64,000 nucleotides of DNA from an uncultured candidate division Zixibacteria bacterium (GTDB lineage: Bacteria; Zixibacteria; MSB-5A5; GN15; FEB-12): contig CAVTJJ010000003.1 of the NCBI GenBank assembly GCA_963735035.1, forward strand, positions 512,001 through 576,000, written 5' to 3'. How positions within the stretch are numbered: the stretch's first letter is position 1; each line of letters starts with the position of its first letter. A program made the position numbers and the translations under genes. The notes under the pieces were generated by a model. The model had not been told where the DNA came from and made no database searches. It worked only from the letters and a program-made list of their open reading frames with translations. Below are positions 1 to 10,466 of the stretch, in pieces.

Positions 1-411
1 GTATCGTGACAGCCACTCTCTACGAATTAGGAGAGTGATGTCTGCAGCAATGCAGAGGGCTAAGACACCAAGGCCATCCAGCCCCATTCTTTGGGCATGG
101 ACTACTCTGGCTATCTCATTCCTACCGCTTGGCATTGAACTCTCACTGACCAAACGCGCAATTGCACCGTTAATGAGATAAGTGATCCACGACACACCCG
201 AAATCTGTAATGGAACCTCTAAGCTAATACCACCAAACAAGATACACCCCAACTATCTTCGGGAACTACACCGCACCAAGAATTGTTTAGTTAGATTACA
301 ATTAACTGCAGTGCATTTATTGAACATAGCCACAGTAAAAAGCACGCAACTTGACCCTTCCCGTGGAGATTATTCGCCACCTAGTCGATATAAACGTAAA
401 GGAATCAGGCT

Positions 412-612
412 ATGATGTCAATAGTAAAGTACATTGCGGCGATCTTTGTGTCGATCGGTTTTGTAGTCCTTTTGGACTCGGTATACAACACGATGCCAGT
501 AGGACGTGCAAACATAGTGGCCATTCTACTCGGGTGCGTTTGCGTTGCATTGAACATCCTTCTACTGAGAAACCCGGGGAAACACTCACACGGCACGGCC
601 AAGAGTCGCTGA
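412..612 (+). CDS. Small two-TM hypothetical membrane protein (66 aa) in a low-GC patch
   Basis: Two hydrophobic stretches; AAAGGA about 8 nt upstream of the ATG; converges on the next gene. Confidence 0.4.
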   Translation: MMSIVKYIAAIFVSIGFVVLLDSVYNTMPVGRANIVAILLGCVCVALNILLLRNPGKHSHGTAKSR

Positions 613-614
613 CA

Positions 615-1418
615 TCACTCGGCGGGATCAACCTTGTTTCGAGCCTTCACCGCCAACATCAGCGGAAACTTCGTCGGACCGTCCGGCGGCACCCAATGAC
701 GATCCGGAAGTTCATACCATCCCTCCGCGAATCGGTAAAAGCCGAAATTGTATTCATCCAGACGTTCAATCGTCAACCCCGCCCCAATCAGCGCATTCAC
801 AATCTCCGACACCGGATGCTGCCACTCGACATGCTCGCCTTCGATCTTGGTATCCTTCTCACAATAGTCGCGTGGATTGAGAGTTCGCTCCGGCTCGCGC
901 GCGAAGTAGTCGTACTTCTGTTCGGGAAACAGAAATAACTGGTCCACGGGATGACTATCGACCATGAAGAACACGCCCCCCGGCTTCAGATAATGCGCGA
1001 TCACCGCCGCCCAGCGATTCAGGTCCGACAGCCACATGTGCGTGCCGTACGACTGATAGATAATGTCAAATTTGCGATCTATCGCCCCGATGAAGTCCAG
1101 TACGTCACAACGGAAGAATTCGGCCTCCACCCCGGCTTTCACTTTGATCTCATTAGCGACCGCAATAGATCGATCTGATATATCGACGCCGGTCACGTTA
1201 GCTCCCTGTCGCGCCCACGAAATCGTATCGAGGCCGAACTGGCACATGAGGTGCAACAAGCTCTTGCCGCGAACATCGCCGAGCGCTTCGAGCTCGACCC
1301 GCTTGAGCGATGAACCCCCGTCTATGACCTCTGGTGTCCGGTACTCCGGATGTCCGATGTGAAGATCGACCGCCCGGTTCCATGTGGCCCGGTTCTTTTC
1401 GTGGTCGGGGTGTGACAT
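615..1418 (-). CDS. Class I SAM-dependent methyltransferase
   Basis: Motif LLHLMCQFGLDT...GVDIS; ATG at 1418 overlaps the lptG stop (TAATG coupling). Confidence 0.85.
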   Translation of the reverse strand: MSHPDHEKNRATWNRAVDLHIGHPEYRTPEVIDGGSSLKRVELEALGDVRGKSLLHLMCQFGLDTISWARQGANVTGVDISDRSIAVANEIKVKAGVEAEFFRCDVLDFIGAIDRKFDIIYQSYGTHMWLSDLNRWAAVIAHYLKPGGVFFMVDSHPVDQLFLFPEQKYDYFAREPERTLNPRDYCEKDTKIEGEHVEWQHPVSEIVNALIGAGLTIERLDEYNFGFYRFAEGWYELPDRHWVPPDGPTKFPLMLAVKARNKVDPAE

Positions 1419-2500
1419 TACTTCGGCGCTCTCCACATGAGTATCATGCCGATCACAAAGAACAGCCCGTTGACCCCCCAGACGGCGACATCGACCGGTA
1501 CCTTCTCGTTCCACCCGGCCGATTGCAACATGCGATAGAGCACGAAATATGCCAGCGAGATTCCGGCGCCCGCCGCAATTGATACGGCGATGCCCGCCCG
1601 TCGAGGATTCGACGCGAACGGCACACAGATCAACACGACAATGAACGACGCCATCGGGAAAGAGTACTTCATTTTCAAGTCGAGCGCTTCCCGGTGATAC
1701 GGTCCGCCGATACGTTTCATCAAGTCGATGTACCGGCGCAGTTCGTCGATCCCCATGTCTTCAGGTTTCGTCAGGCGCTTCGCCAGATCATCGGGGACGT
1801 CCTTTATATCGCCGATGATGAGTGTATCGAACGAAGTATAACTCCCGTCGGTCGTGTCGCTGAACTTGCGCACATTCCCATCAAGCGCCTGCCACAAAAA
1901 TTGGTGGTAGACGATCTTGTCGGCCGTAATTATTTCTGTGGCCCGGTTATTCTTAGAACGATAGAGCTTGAAGCTCTCCCCCATGCGACGGTCGGTGTCG
2001 AATTGCGACATGGTATAGAAGCTGCCGGGATTGATCTGACGGTAGACATCGCGCACGAGCGCTTGATTGGCGCGCGATTGTTTCTCGATGGTGAAATTCT
2101 TGATCTCGACCCGCCGCTGGTTCATGGCGGGAAAGACATACTCATTGTAGTAGAAGTGTCCGAAGGCGATCAATATCGCAATGAGCGCGAAGGGAAGCGT
2201 GATGCGCCAGAGCGAGAGGCCGCTCGCTTTCATGGCGAGAATTTCCTTACGCCGCGCCAGCAATGAGATAGAGAACAACACCGCCAGAAGAACAAACATC
2301 GGTGTGAACGATTTTACGACCCAGCCCCCGAAATAAAGGTAGTACTCCAGTATCTGTGAGATGGATACCCGATTGTCGATGAAGTCGGGCAGCTCCTCGA
2401 CCATGTTGATGACAACAATGGTCAGGCCGATAGCGATCATGACGGCCGCGAAAGACTGCAGAAAGTAGGTCAGGAGGTAACGGTCGAGACGTTTGAGCAT
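1418..2500 (-). CDS. lptG: LPS export ABC transporter permease, LptG-like
   Basis: LDRYLL N-terminus, E..A.KASG.SL motif, 6-TM YjgP/Q layout; follows an lptF paralog. Confidence 0.85.
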   Translation of the reverse strand: MLKRLDRYLLTYFLQSFAAVMIAIGLTIVVINMVEELPDFIDNRVSISQILEYYLYFGGWVVKSFTPMFVLLAVLFSISLLARRKEILAMKASGLSLWRITLPFALIAILIAFGHFYYNEYVFPAMNQRRVEIKNFTIEKQSRANQALVRDVYRQINPGSFYTMSQFDTDRRMGESFKLYRSKNNRATEIITADKIVYHQFLWQALDGNVRKFSDTTDGSYTSFDTLIIGDIKDVPDDLAKRLTKPEDMGIDELRRYIDLMKRIGGPYHREALDLKMKYSFPMASFIVVLICVPFASNPRRAGIAVSIAAGAGISLAYFVLYRMLQSAGWNEKVPVDVAVWGVNGLFFVIGMILMWRAPK

Positions 2501-2507
2501 GCGCCGC

Positions 2508-3833
2508 TCAATCCTTCCTGCGGAACCAGCCGAAGATCGGCCTTTCCGAAACCACGATAAAATTGAGATACAGTCCCACGCAGGCCATGAGAATGTTCGC
2601 GCTCCACATCGCCACGAACGGCGTAATTATCCCCCGATCGGCCATGTCTTCGCCCCCGATCAGAAACGCCCAGTAGATCATGAAGAGAACTATGGCTATT
2701 GCTATGGCCATTCCCATTCCCCCGCGCCGCGACATGATCCCCAGCGGCGCCCCGATCAGGACGAACGCCAGAGAAGCGGCCGGGATCGAGTATTTCTTCT
2801 GAATCTCAATATTATACTTGTCCATAATGCGCCGCTGAGCCTCGATCTGCTGCCGGTTGCGCTCGACATGCCGGACCATCACCGAGGCATCACTTCGCAC
2901 CAGGCCCAGGGCTTTGCGGTCATCCATCGAGTCGGTCGGGTTAAACTTGAAGCTGTCAGAGAACAAATATGAGTACTTGGTCTGAAGATATTCGTTGATC
3001 CGGTCACGCAGCGGCTTGGCGCTGTTGACCGCCTGGTGGACTTGCGACGACATCTGCTCGATATTCATTTCGCGGTCGGTGCGAAACTCAGACTCGGTAC
3101 GTACCAGCTCCGAACCGGTTCCGGAAACATTGATGATCTGGTTCTTGAAGTCGAGCTTCCGGTAATTGTCGGGATTGGTGAGATCGAGCGTGTGAAGCTC
3201 GCCGTCGTTGAGCGAAAACCGCATGTTCCGGCCGCCATCGGTCATGGTCAAGTAACCATCCTTGGCGACGATCAATCTCGGATGGTTCGGATCTTTGGTC
3301 TCGGAAATGCGGACACCCTGAACGTACGACGTCGCGTGATCGATCTTGTCGATCAACACCAGATAACCGGGGATATCGGTAATGAAAATGCCCGACTGGA
3401 ATATCATCGTGGGCCGCATCGACTGGATGTCCCCCAGCAACGTGCGAGCTTTCTTATTGAGATCGGGAAGCACCTTGTCGTGGAACTCGATCATACCAAC
3501 CGTCAGAATCGACGCGGCCACCATCAGCGGCATGAGCACGTGAAGCAAATTGATCCCAGAGGCCTTGATGGCGGTGACTTCGAAATCCCCCCCGAGCCGC
3601 CCGAACGCCATCAGGGTCGCCACCAGCACCGACATGGGAACCGACAGCGCCAGCATCCAGGCCAGATTCAGACCGACCAGCTCCAGGACCACCATCAGAT
3701 TAATGTCTTTGTCAATCACCCGGTCGATGATCTTTGGGACGAAATCTATGACCAGCAGGAACGTAATCGTAAAGAAGGCGAAAAAGAACGGGGCGATGTG
3801 TTCGCGAAGAATGTATCGAGTCAGGATTTTCAT
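2508..3833 (-). CDS. lptF: LPS export ABC transporter permease, LptF-like
   Basis: MKILTRYILRE start, EVTAIKASGIN motif, KKYSIP...GAPLG. Confidence 0.85.
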   Translation of the reverse strand: MKILTRYILREHIAPFFFAFFTITFLLVIDFVPKIIDRVIDKDINLMVVLELVGLNLAWMLALSVPMSVLVATLMAFGRLGGDFEVTAIKASGINLLHVLMPLMVAASILTVGMIEFHDKVLPDLNKKARTLLGDIQSMRPTMIFQSGIFITDIPGYLVLIDKIDHATSYVQGVRISETKDPNHPRLIVAKDGYLTMTDGGRNMRFSLNDGELHTLDLTNPDNYRKLDFKNQIINVSGTGSELVRTESEFRTDREMNIEQMSSQVHQAVNSAKPLRDRINEYLQTKYSYLFSDSFKFNPTDSMDDRKALGLVRSDASVMVRHVERNRQQIEAQRRIMDKYNIEIQKKYSIPAASLAFVLIGAPLGIMSRRGGMGMAIAIAIVLFMIYWAFLIGGEDMADRGIITPFVAMWSANILMACVGLYLNFIVVSERPIFGWFRRKD

Positions 3834-3935
3834 ACGATTTTGCCAATATATTTCTTATACCCGCCGCCGCCAACTCTAAACTAATCAAACACTTTTGGGC
3901 TGGCCTTCGGAAGCCGACCTTGTTATTTTGACTTC

Positions 3936-4892
3936 ATGCAGCAAAAGAAGATTGTGGATTTCGTCAAGGACGATCAGATCGAAGGTTACTTCTCGATCCG
4001 AAAGAAAGAAGTCAGAGAGTCCGTGCGCGGCCTGTTCGTATCGCTCGAACTGGGCGATTCCTCAGGTCGAATCGGCGCCGTCATGTGGGAGCCGGATCAG
4101 TTCGCGCTTGAGGAACTGACCGAAGGGATGGTGGTCAAGGCACGGGGCGTGATCGGAGAGTATCGCAACAAACTTCAGTTCACGATCGCCCGGATTCGGC
4201 TCGCGACCGACGACGAATATACCCTGGCCGATATCATGCCACATTCGCCGCAATCGCGTGAAGAACGGCTGGCCCGCCTGTTCGCCCTGCGCGATCAGAT
4301 CACGAACCCGCATGTTCTGGCCCTGACTAACAGCTTTTTGAATGACCAGGTCTGGTTGGAAGGCTTTCTCAAGGCCGCGGCCGGGAAACTCTGGCACCAC
4401 GCCACAATCGGCGGGCTTTCGGAACACTCGGCCAATGTCGCCGAATTGGCGGTCCGGGTCGCCCAGGGGTATGAGTTCCTGAACCGCGACTATCTGATCT
4501 TCGGCGGGATGTTCCACGATGCAGGCAAGATGGCCGCCTATGACACCCATACCGTGATAGATTTTACCGACGCCGGACGATTGATCGACCATATCTGCAT
4601 TTCAGACGAATGGATCTGCTGCCGGGCGAAGGAGATCGACGGCTTCCCGGACCAACTGCTCATGATCCTGAGGCATCTGATTCTGTCGCATCACGGCGAG
4701 CGGGAGTTCGGCGCCCCGGTCGTCCCACAGATTCCGGAGGCGTTTATTCTCTACTATTGCGATGAAATCGACAGCAAAATGGGGGCAATTGACCGTATTC
4801 GATCCCGCCAGGACGGTCACGGCTGGTCCGAATATATCAACATCCTCAACCGGTTCCTGTATTTCGGCGAGGCGGACAAGCCCAAGGGGTGA
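3936..4892 (+). CDS. yhaM: OB-fold + HD domain 3'-5' exoribonuclease, YhaM family
   Basis: N-terminal OB fold (L.D.SG.I...W); HH...GGL.EH; FHDAGK; ILSHHG..EFGAPV.P. Confidence 0.85.
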   Translation: MQQKKIVDFVKDDQIEGYFSIRKKEVRESVRGLFVSLELGDSSGRIGAVMWEPDQFALEELTEGMVVKARGVIGEYRNKLQFTIARIRLATDDEYTLADIMPHSPQSREERLARLFALRDQITNPHVLALTNSFLNDQVWLEGFLKAAAGKLWHHATIGGLSEHSANVAELAVRVAQGYEFLNRDYLIFGGMFHDAGKMAAYDTHTVIDFTDAGRLIDHICISDEWICCRAKEIDGFPDQLLMILRHLILSHHGEREFGAPVVPQIPEAFILYYCDEIDSKMGAIDRIRSRQDGHGWSEYINILNRFLYFGEADKPKG

Positions 4893-4941
4893 TGTCTGGA
4901 ATCCCAATTCCCGAGTGAAGCGCTATAGAACCTGCTGAGCT

Positions 4942-4990
4942 GGTTGCGGTAGGTCCTGCGGCCCGCTCGGCGGGACGTGTGACCTGCCGC
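4942..4990. repeat. Dispersed hairpin family A, GTTGYGKYAGKTCCTG-[inner hairpin]-GTGAMCTGMCRC; other copies at 32487-32534, 36100-36146, 37435-37486, 37509-37553, 43252-43312
   Basis: Six intergenic copies in both orientations with a conserved outer stem and a variable inner hairpin. Confidence 0.85.
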
Positions 4991-5023
4991 AAAGAGACAA
5001 TTTGACTCAAGACAGATTTTTCG

Positions 5024-5052
5024 TTGAACCCAACCCCTCTCGGTTGTATGAT
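5024..5052 (+). promoter_or_regulatory. Sigma70-type promoter for the alpha/beta hydrolase
   Basis: TTGAAC-N17-TATGAT with a TG extension; AGGAGG downstream. Confidence 0.55.
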
Positions 5053-5085
5053 CTTAGGAATAATATTGCAGGAGGTACCTAGAAA

Positions 5086-6006
5086 ATGCGCCCATTGACC
5101 ATAAGCTTTACCGTATTGGCGACCCTGGCCCTGCTGATAGCAGGGTGCCAGAAGCAAAGCCAAACCCCGGCCACGACCGACAAACCCGCGGTCCCGGCGA
5201 CTGTGATATCCGTGGTGGTAGACAGCGTGCCGTCCGAAGATGGCGTAATGATCTATTACGACGTCCGGGGACAGGGAGACAAGGCCCTGGTATTCGTCCA
5301 TTGCTGGAGCTGTGATCGGTCCTACTGGCAGAACCAGGTTGACGAATTCGCCAAAGATTACCGGGTCATCACCCTCGACCTGGCCGGCCATGGCCAGTCC
5401 GGGAAGGGTCGGCAGAAATGGACGATGGATTCGTTCGGGACCGATGTTGCCGCGGTCGCCAATAAGCTGAACCTTCAGAACATGGTCTTGATCGGCCATT
5501 CCATGGGTGGAGCGGTGGTGATCGAAGCCGCCCGACGGTTGCCCGGACGTGTCGTCGGGATTGTTGGTGTCGACAATTTCCAGGATTTGGGCAGTGTCAA
5601 TTCCAAAGCCGACGTCATGAAATTCATCGAGCCGTTCAAGTCCGATTTCAGCAAGTCAACGAATCAGTTCGTACAATCATTGTTTCCTCCAACCGCCGAT
5701 AAGGCTCTGGTAGAGCGCACCGCCCGGGATATGGCCTCTGAGACTCCGGAAATTGGTGTCGGTGCGATAACGTCGTTGCTGTCCTACAACTACAAGACGG
5801 CGTTGGCGGACGTTCGCGTGCCTATTAGGACTATCAGCAGCGATCAGTTCCCGACCTTCTCGGACACCAACAACAAGATTGCCGCTTCGTTCAAAGTGAG
5901 GATCATGCCGGGGGTGGGTCATTTCCCGCACCTGGTGGATCCGGTGGCGTTCAACCGCCTGTTGCACGAGACGCTGACCGATTTCTGGCCTCCGGCTGCG
6001 AAATAG
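5086..6006 (+). CDS. Alpha/beta hydrolase lipoprotein
   Basis: Lipobox LIAGC; VFVHCW; DLAGHG; GHSMGG nucleophile elbow; GHFPH. Confidence 0.9.
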   Translation: MRPLTISFTVLATLALLIAGCQKQSQTPATTDKPAVPATVISVVVDSVPSEDGVMIYYDVRGQGDKALVFVHCWSCDRSYWQNQVDEFAKDYRVITLDLAGHGQSGKGRQKWTMDSFGTDVAAVANKLNLQNMVLIGHSMGGAVVIEAARRLPGRVVGIVGVDNFQDLGSVNSKADVMKFIEPFKSDFSKSTNQFVQSLFPPTADKALVERTARDMASETPEIGVGAITSLLSYNYKTALADVRVPIRTISSDQFPTFSDTNNKIAASFKVRIMPGVGHFPHLVDPVAFNRLLHETLTDFWPPAAK

Positions 6007-6098
6007 GCAAGTGGCACTTGGAACGGGCAACGGGGTGCCCCATTGCTCGAATCGGGTTCACATAACGTGCCCGGCCCGCCGCGGCGGGTTCACAAAAC

Positions 6099-6127
6099 GT
6101 GCCCGGCAGATGCCCACATCTGCCGGC
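6099..6127. repeat. REP-like palindrome family B, GTGCCCGGCAGATGCCCACATCTGCCGGC; other copies at 6416, 19897, 27677, 31635, 32447 (rev), 39343, 47937 and a variant near 30071
   Basis: Near-identical 29-bp hairpins, all intergenic; they explain the recurrent spurious 'MPGRCPHLPA' ORFs. Confidence 0.9.
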
Positions 6128-6235
6128 TAAGTATCCGGACGTCATAGGTCGCGCAAATTGCCCTTGTTTTCCGGGTCGGGGGTGCTAAATTGGGGGCTTC
6201 TCCGGCGGCTTTCGGCTGCCGGTTCAGGTGTATGC

Positions 6236-6324
6236 GGAGAGGTGGCCGAGCGGTTGAAGGCGCACGCCTGGAAAGTGTGTATAGGTAACCCCTATCCAGG
6301 GTTCGAATCCCTGCCTCTCCGCCA
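6236..6324 (+). tRNA. tRNA-Ser(GGA)
   Basis: GGAGAGG/CCTCTCC acceptor stem; anticodon loop CT-GGA-AA; long variable arm; GTTCGAATC T-loop; encoded CCA. Confidence 0.97.
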
Positions 6325-6712
6325 GATTTCATCTGGACTATTCGCTTCGCGTCTCATTTGCGGAGGTTAACTTGGCAGCCTGCAGCTCTGCTGCAGGTTC
6401 GCTCGCTCTTGAAAAGTGCCCGGCAGATGCCCACATCTGCCGGCTCATACGGGAACCGCGTTTTGTAGCCTTTCCAGAAACCGCTTGGTCATGACTGCAT
6501 CGGCGAGTCTAGAAGAAGCCCGATCCTTGTCATTGCGGGCGAAGATAACCCAACGCAAGGCGGTTCATCGTAGCACGGCAATCTCAGGCTCGTTGTGGCA
6601 GCATCATTTGAGATCGCCACGTCTCGCCAGCGAAGCGCGGTCGAGACTCGCGATGACGTGCTCAGGGCTTTTCAACAGCCGCAAGCGCAGGGCCCCCCTG
6701 TTTCCGCAGTAA

Positions 6713-7174
6713 CTAGGCCATCACTCCTCTCGCGGGAGTATAGTTCCATCCAAACCAGAAAGAGCATGTATCGGAGATCAATTTCTGGAGCTGGACAAAA
6801 TCCAGCGGTTTTACGGCATAACCATTCGCACCAACCCGATACGCTTCCATAATATCCTGTTTCGCATCGGACGTGCTGAGAACAACAATTGGTGTTCCCG
6901 AGAATATTTCGCGCATCCGGATTCTTCGAAGAACTTCCAATCCGTCAATTTTCGGAAGTCGCAGATCGAGCAGAATCAGATCGGGGACACGACAATTTGT
7001 AGGGTCGGAAGCGGCGCAAGAACTCTGCTCGGACATGTAATTCAAAGCCAGATCTCCGTCGACCAGATGGACTACTTCTCGCACCTGCGGATGCTGCAAG
7101 AGGCAGCTCTTTATGAGCTCCGCGTGATCCGGGTTGTCCTCAATGAGCAGGACAAGTGACGACTTCTGGCGCAT
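6713..7174 (-). CDS. Single-domain response regulator (Rcp1-like)
   Basis: LLIEDNPDH; LILLDLRLPKIDG; GANGYAVKP. Confidence 0.9.
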   Translation of the reverse strand: MRQKSSLVLLIEDNPDHAELIKSCLLQHPQVREVVHLVDGDLALNYMSEQSSCAASDPTNCRVPDLILLDLRLPKIDGLEVLRRIRMREIFSGTPIVVLSTSDAKQDIMEAYRVGANGYAVKPLDFVQLQKLISDTCSFWFGWNYTPARGVMA

Positions 7175-10100
7175 GCTCTCCCTCCACCTTACCGTTTTCG
7201 ACCAAACTATGGGGTATCGTGAAATAGAAAGTCGATCCCTTGTAATTCCCCTCTGACTCCACCCACAATTTGCCGTTATGACATTCGATAATTCGCTTGG
7301 CGAGAGACAGGCCTATTCCTGATCCCTCCACTTTCGGATCGAGTTGCTCGAAGAGCTCGAACACCCTTCTGTGGAATCGAGGCTCAATCCCGATGCCATT
7401 GTCTTTAACATGGAATGTGGCGCCGTCGTGGCCTTCGTTGCAGCCGATTTCGACTTTGGGCCGTGGCTGATTCCCCATGTATTTGACAGCGTTGTCGAGA
7501 AGATTCTGAACGACCTCCAGAAGTCTCGAGCGATCGCCTCTCACGGTTGGAAAACTGGAAACTAGTTTCACACTGATTCCCTGGGCGGCAATTTGCCCCC
7601 CGCACAAATCCACAGCCTGCCGCACCAGATCTTCCATGTTTACCGATTCGTCCGGATTCACAATCCTCCCAATGCGCGACATCTCAAGCAGACTGTCGAG
7701 AAGCCCGGCCATCTTGTTTGCGGCATTGATTATTCGTTCAACATCGAATGACACCTGATCGGCATCGCCATTGGTACAGTGCTCCCGCAACAAACCTGCA
7801 AATCCACTGATCGTAATCAGGGGACTCTTTAGATCATGTGAAACCGTATAGGTGAATCTTTCAAGTTCGGCGTTCTTCGTTTCGAGTTCGGCTATCAACG
7901 CTTCTCGTTCCTTTTCAGCCAGCTTGCACTCCGAGACATCCTGAACAGTGCCTATTGACCGTACCGGCGCTCCATTTTCATCATAGAATGTCTTACATTG
8001 CTCGTGAACAAATTTTGTGCTGCCATCTTTCATGAGTAGACGATGGTCAATCTCATAGCTGCTTCGGTTTGCCAAGGAGTTGGTGTATGAGTCGTTGACA
8101 ATGGCCCGATCGTCAGGATGGACAGCCTCGATAAAGGCTTCATAGGTTGCTCCAAAAGCCTGTGGTTCGAGATCGAAGATGCGGTAGATCTCGTCGGACC
8201 ATTTTAGCTGGTTAGTTCGAAGATCCAGCTCCCAATTGCCGACATGAGCAAGTTGCTGGGCGTCCTGCAGGGCTTTCTCGCTCTCAATCAACGCCGTTTC
8301 CGCCAGTTTTCGCTCAGCGATCTCCCAGGCCAGGTCGGCAAGTAGAGAAACGGCGTCGACGTCTTGCTGGGTGTAATCGCGCGATTTGTTTCCCACACCG
8401 AGTATGGCTACGATCTTCCCGGCCCGAAAGACCGGCACGACCAGCTCTCGAACGACCCGGGCATGCCCCGGAGGTATTCCTTTGCGGTGCGGAAGCGACG
8501 AGTAATCATTATGGATGACTGCCTTGCGGGCATGGATACAGTCTACCCAGACCCCCGCCTGCGAAACGTCATAGTGCGATCCCTTCCCTTCCGCTTCGCA
8601 GAATTCGGCCTTCGTTCTCGTTGACCAGTTCTGTAGTGTTAGAGTCTTCTGGTCGGCATCGAGGAAATGGTAGAAGCCAATAAGGCTGCTGCTCAGCGCC
8701 TCCGCCTCGTCGAGCGTGGCCTGGAGCAGTTCGTCCAGCGTGTGAGTTGCGGCGAACTGGAGAAGACGTAGCCGGGCCATGTTGACACTTTCGGTCTGCT
8801 TGTGCTCGATACGCGTGCGCAGAACCGTGATGCCCAGCGCCAGATCGCTGGCCAGTTCTTCCAACAGGCGTATTTCTTCAGTGGTGATGGCGTTGGGTTC
8901 AGATGAATAAATCATCAGAACACCGAATACGGCCCCGTTGTCGTCATAAAGGGGCAGCGCGACACCGGAGCGATAGCCGTGTTGCAGGGCGGCCTCCCGC
9001 CAGGGGGCCATTAGTTCGTCGGTAGTGAAATCCTGCACACAGAACGATTTGCCGCTCCTGATTACTATTCCGGCGGGTCCCCTTCCGCGTTCCGAGTCGT
9101 CCGCCCAACTGAGTTTGGCGTCGGCGATATACCCGCTTTCGAAGCCGGCCCAGGCCACAGGACGCAGGGATTTGGCATCATCATGTTCGGCATATCCCAC
9201 CCAGGCCAGCCGGTAGCCGGCCTTATCGCAGATGATGCGGCAAATGTCTTTTAACAGGGTCTGCTCGTCCGTTGCCCGCACCAGAACCTGGTTGCAGTCG
9301 CTGATGGCTCGAAGTTCGCGGTTCAACCTGAACAGTTCTTCATCCACCTTCATACGCTCGGTAACGTCAACGAAGGTTACGATGACTCGGTTTAGTTCGC
9401 CTGATTCGTCAAGAACCGGATCACCACTGACCAGAACCCAGACATCCTGTTCGGCCCGCTTGTGAGGACGGTGCACTTTGACAGCGAAATTCCGAAGTGG
9501 CTGCCCCGTTGCAATGACCTGGTTAACGGGATATTCATCTGAAGGCATTACGCTTCCGTCGGTGCGGAAGAAGTGCCAATCCGGATCAATGGCCGTCTTC
9601 CCCAGCAACTGATCTTCGGTCAGCCCGAGCAACTCTTCAGCCATAGGATTGCACGTTATTATTCGCGTATCCGGGCCATGAACCACCACCGCCGCTTGAA
9701 TCTTATGAATGAGAGTTCGATACTTCTTTTCACTGGTACGTACTTCCGCATCTCGTACCGCCAGCTCGTCTAGCATGGAGTTGAATTCACGCGCCATAAC
9801 AGCGGGCTCGTCGGGACCTGAAATTTGCGAGCGAGCCAGGTGGTTGCCGGATCTGACTGCGTCGATGGTCTGTTTGACTGCATAGAGCCTCTGAGTTATC
9901 CGACGCCCCATGAACCAGGCGATGATCGAGCCTACGAGAATGGCCGCAATAGCATAGATGGCGCCGCTGCGGGCAATCGCAGCCAGCTTCTTCCCCGCCA
10001 CCTTTTGGCCAATACCCACGCGGGCCCAGCCGACATGATATCCACCTACCATTGCTGGAACGGCGACATCGACGAGCGCAGGAGTGCGCGAGAGTGTCGT

Positions 10101-10466
10101 ACTACTCGCCTCCAGAGGCAGATCGATCATGTACAACCCGTGTCTGGTACTGTCGGTGTCGGCCAGCACACGTCCCTCATCGTCCGCAAGAATAGCAAAG
10201 ACAACTTCGGGATATCGTCGCTGAGCATCGACGAGCTCTTGCAGGCCCGAGATATCGTCGGAGATAATCCATCCCGCGGCCGACGAAGCAAGAGTCCTGG
10301 ACAGCGCCGTCGCTTCTTCGACCTGACGATCGAGAAGCATGGCTCGCTGACGCGTGGTCAGATCACCGATAAAGAGCGTCATCATCACGGCGTGGACAGC
10401 GGCCACGCTCAGAATCAGTCGACCCCGCAACGTATCGAACAGGAAATTGGGCAATATTCTTGACAT
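7140..10466 (-). CDS. Membrane sensor histidine kinase (TM-HAMP-PAS-GAF-GAF-PAS-HisKA-HATPase)
   Basis: FTYTVSHDLKSPL H-box; NLLDNAVKY; DNGIG; GSGIGL; ATG at 10466 overlaps the upstream stop (TAATG). Confidence 0.9.
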   Translation of the reverse strand: MSRILPNFLFDTLRGRLILSVAAVHAVMMTLFIGDLTTRQRAMLLDRQVEEATALSRTLASSAAGWIISDDISGLQELVDAQRRYPEVVFAILADDEGRVLADTDSTRHGLYMIDLPLEASSTTLSRTPALVDVAVPAMVGGYHVGWARVGIGQKVAGKKLAAIARSGAIYAIAAILVGSIIAWFMGRRITQRLYAVKQTIDAVRSGNHLARSQISGPDEPAVMAREFNSMLDELAVRDAEVRTSEKKYRTLIHKIQAAVVVHGPDTRIITCNPMAEELLGLTEDQLLGKTAIDPDWHFFRTDGSVMPSDEYPVNQVIATGQPLRNFAVKVHRPHKRAEQDVWVLVSGDPVLDESGELNRVIVTFVDVTERMKVDEELFRLNRELRAISDCNQVLVRATDEQTLLKDICRIICDKAGYRLAWVGYAEHDDAKSLRPVAWAGFESGYIADAKLSWADDSERGRGPAGIVIRSGKSFCVQDFTTDELMAPWREAALQHGYRSGVALPLYDDNGAVFGVLMIYSSEPNAITTEEIRLLEELASDLALGITVLRTRIEHKQTESVNMARLRLLQFAATHTLDELLQATLDEAEALSSSLIGFYHFLDADQKTLTLQNWSTRTKAEFCEAEGKGSHYDVSQAGVWVDCIHARKAVIHNDYSSLPHRKGIPPGHARVVRELVVPVFRAGKIVAILGVGNKSRDYTQQDVDAVSLLADLAWEIAERKLAETALIESEKALQDAQQLAHVGNWELDLRTNQLKWSDEIYRIFDLEPQAFGATYEAFIEAVHPDDRAIVNDSYTNSLANRSSYEIDHRLLMKDGSTKFVHEQCKTFYDENGAPVRSIGTVQDVSECKLAEKEREALIAELETKNAELERFTYTVSHDLKSPLITISGFAGLLREHCTNGDADQVSFDVERIINAANKMAGLLDSLLEMSRIGRIVNPDESVNMEDLVRQAVDLCGGQIAAQGISVKLVSSFPTVRGDRSRLLEVVQNLLDNAVKYMGNQPRPKVEIGCNEGHDGATFHVKDNGIGIEPRFHRRVFELFEQLDPKVEGSGIGLSLAKRIIECHNGKLWVESEGNYKGSTFYFTIPHSLVENGKVEGEHAPEVVTCPAH

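Noticed and set aside
6416..6712. Repeated 'MPGRCPHLPA' and 'QGWNPAD' ORFs (also at 19897, 27677, 47937, 13577)
   Set aside because: They are translations of REP palindromes, not a protein family.
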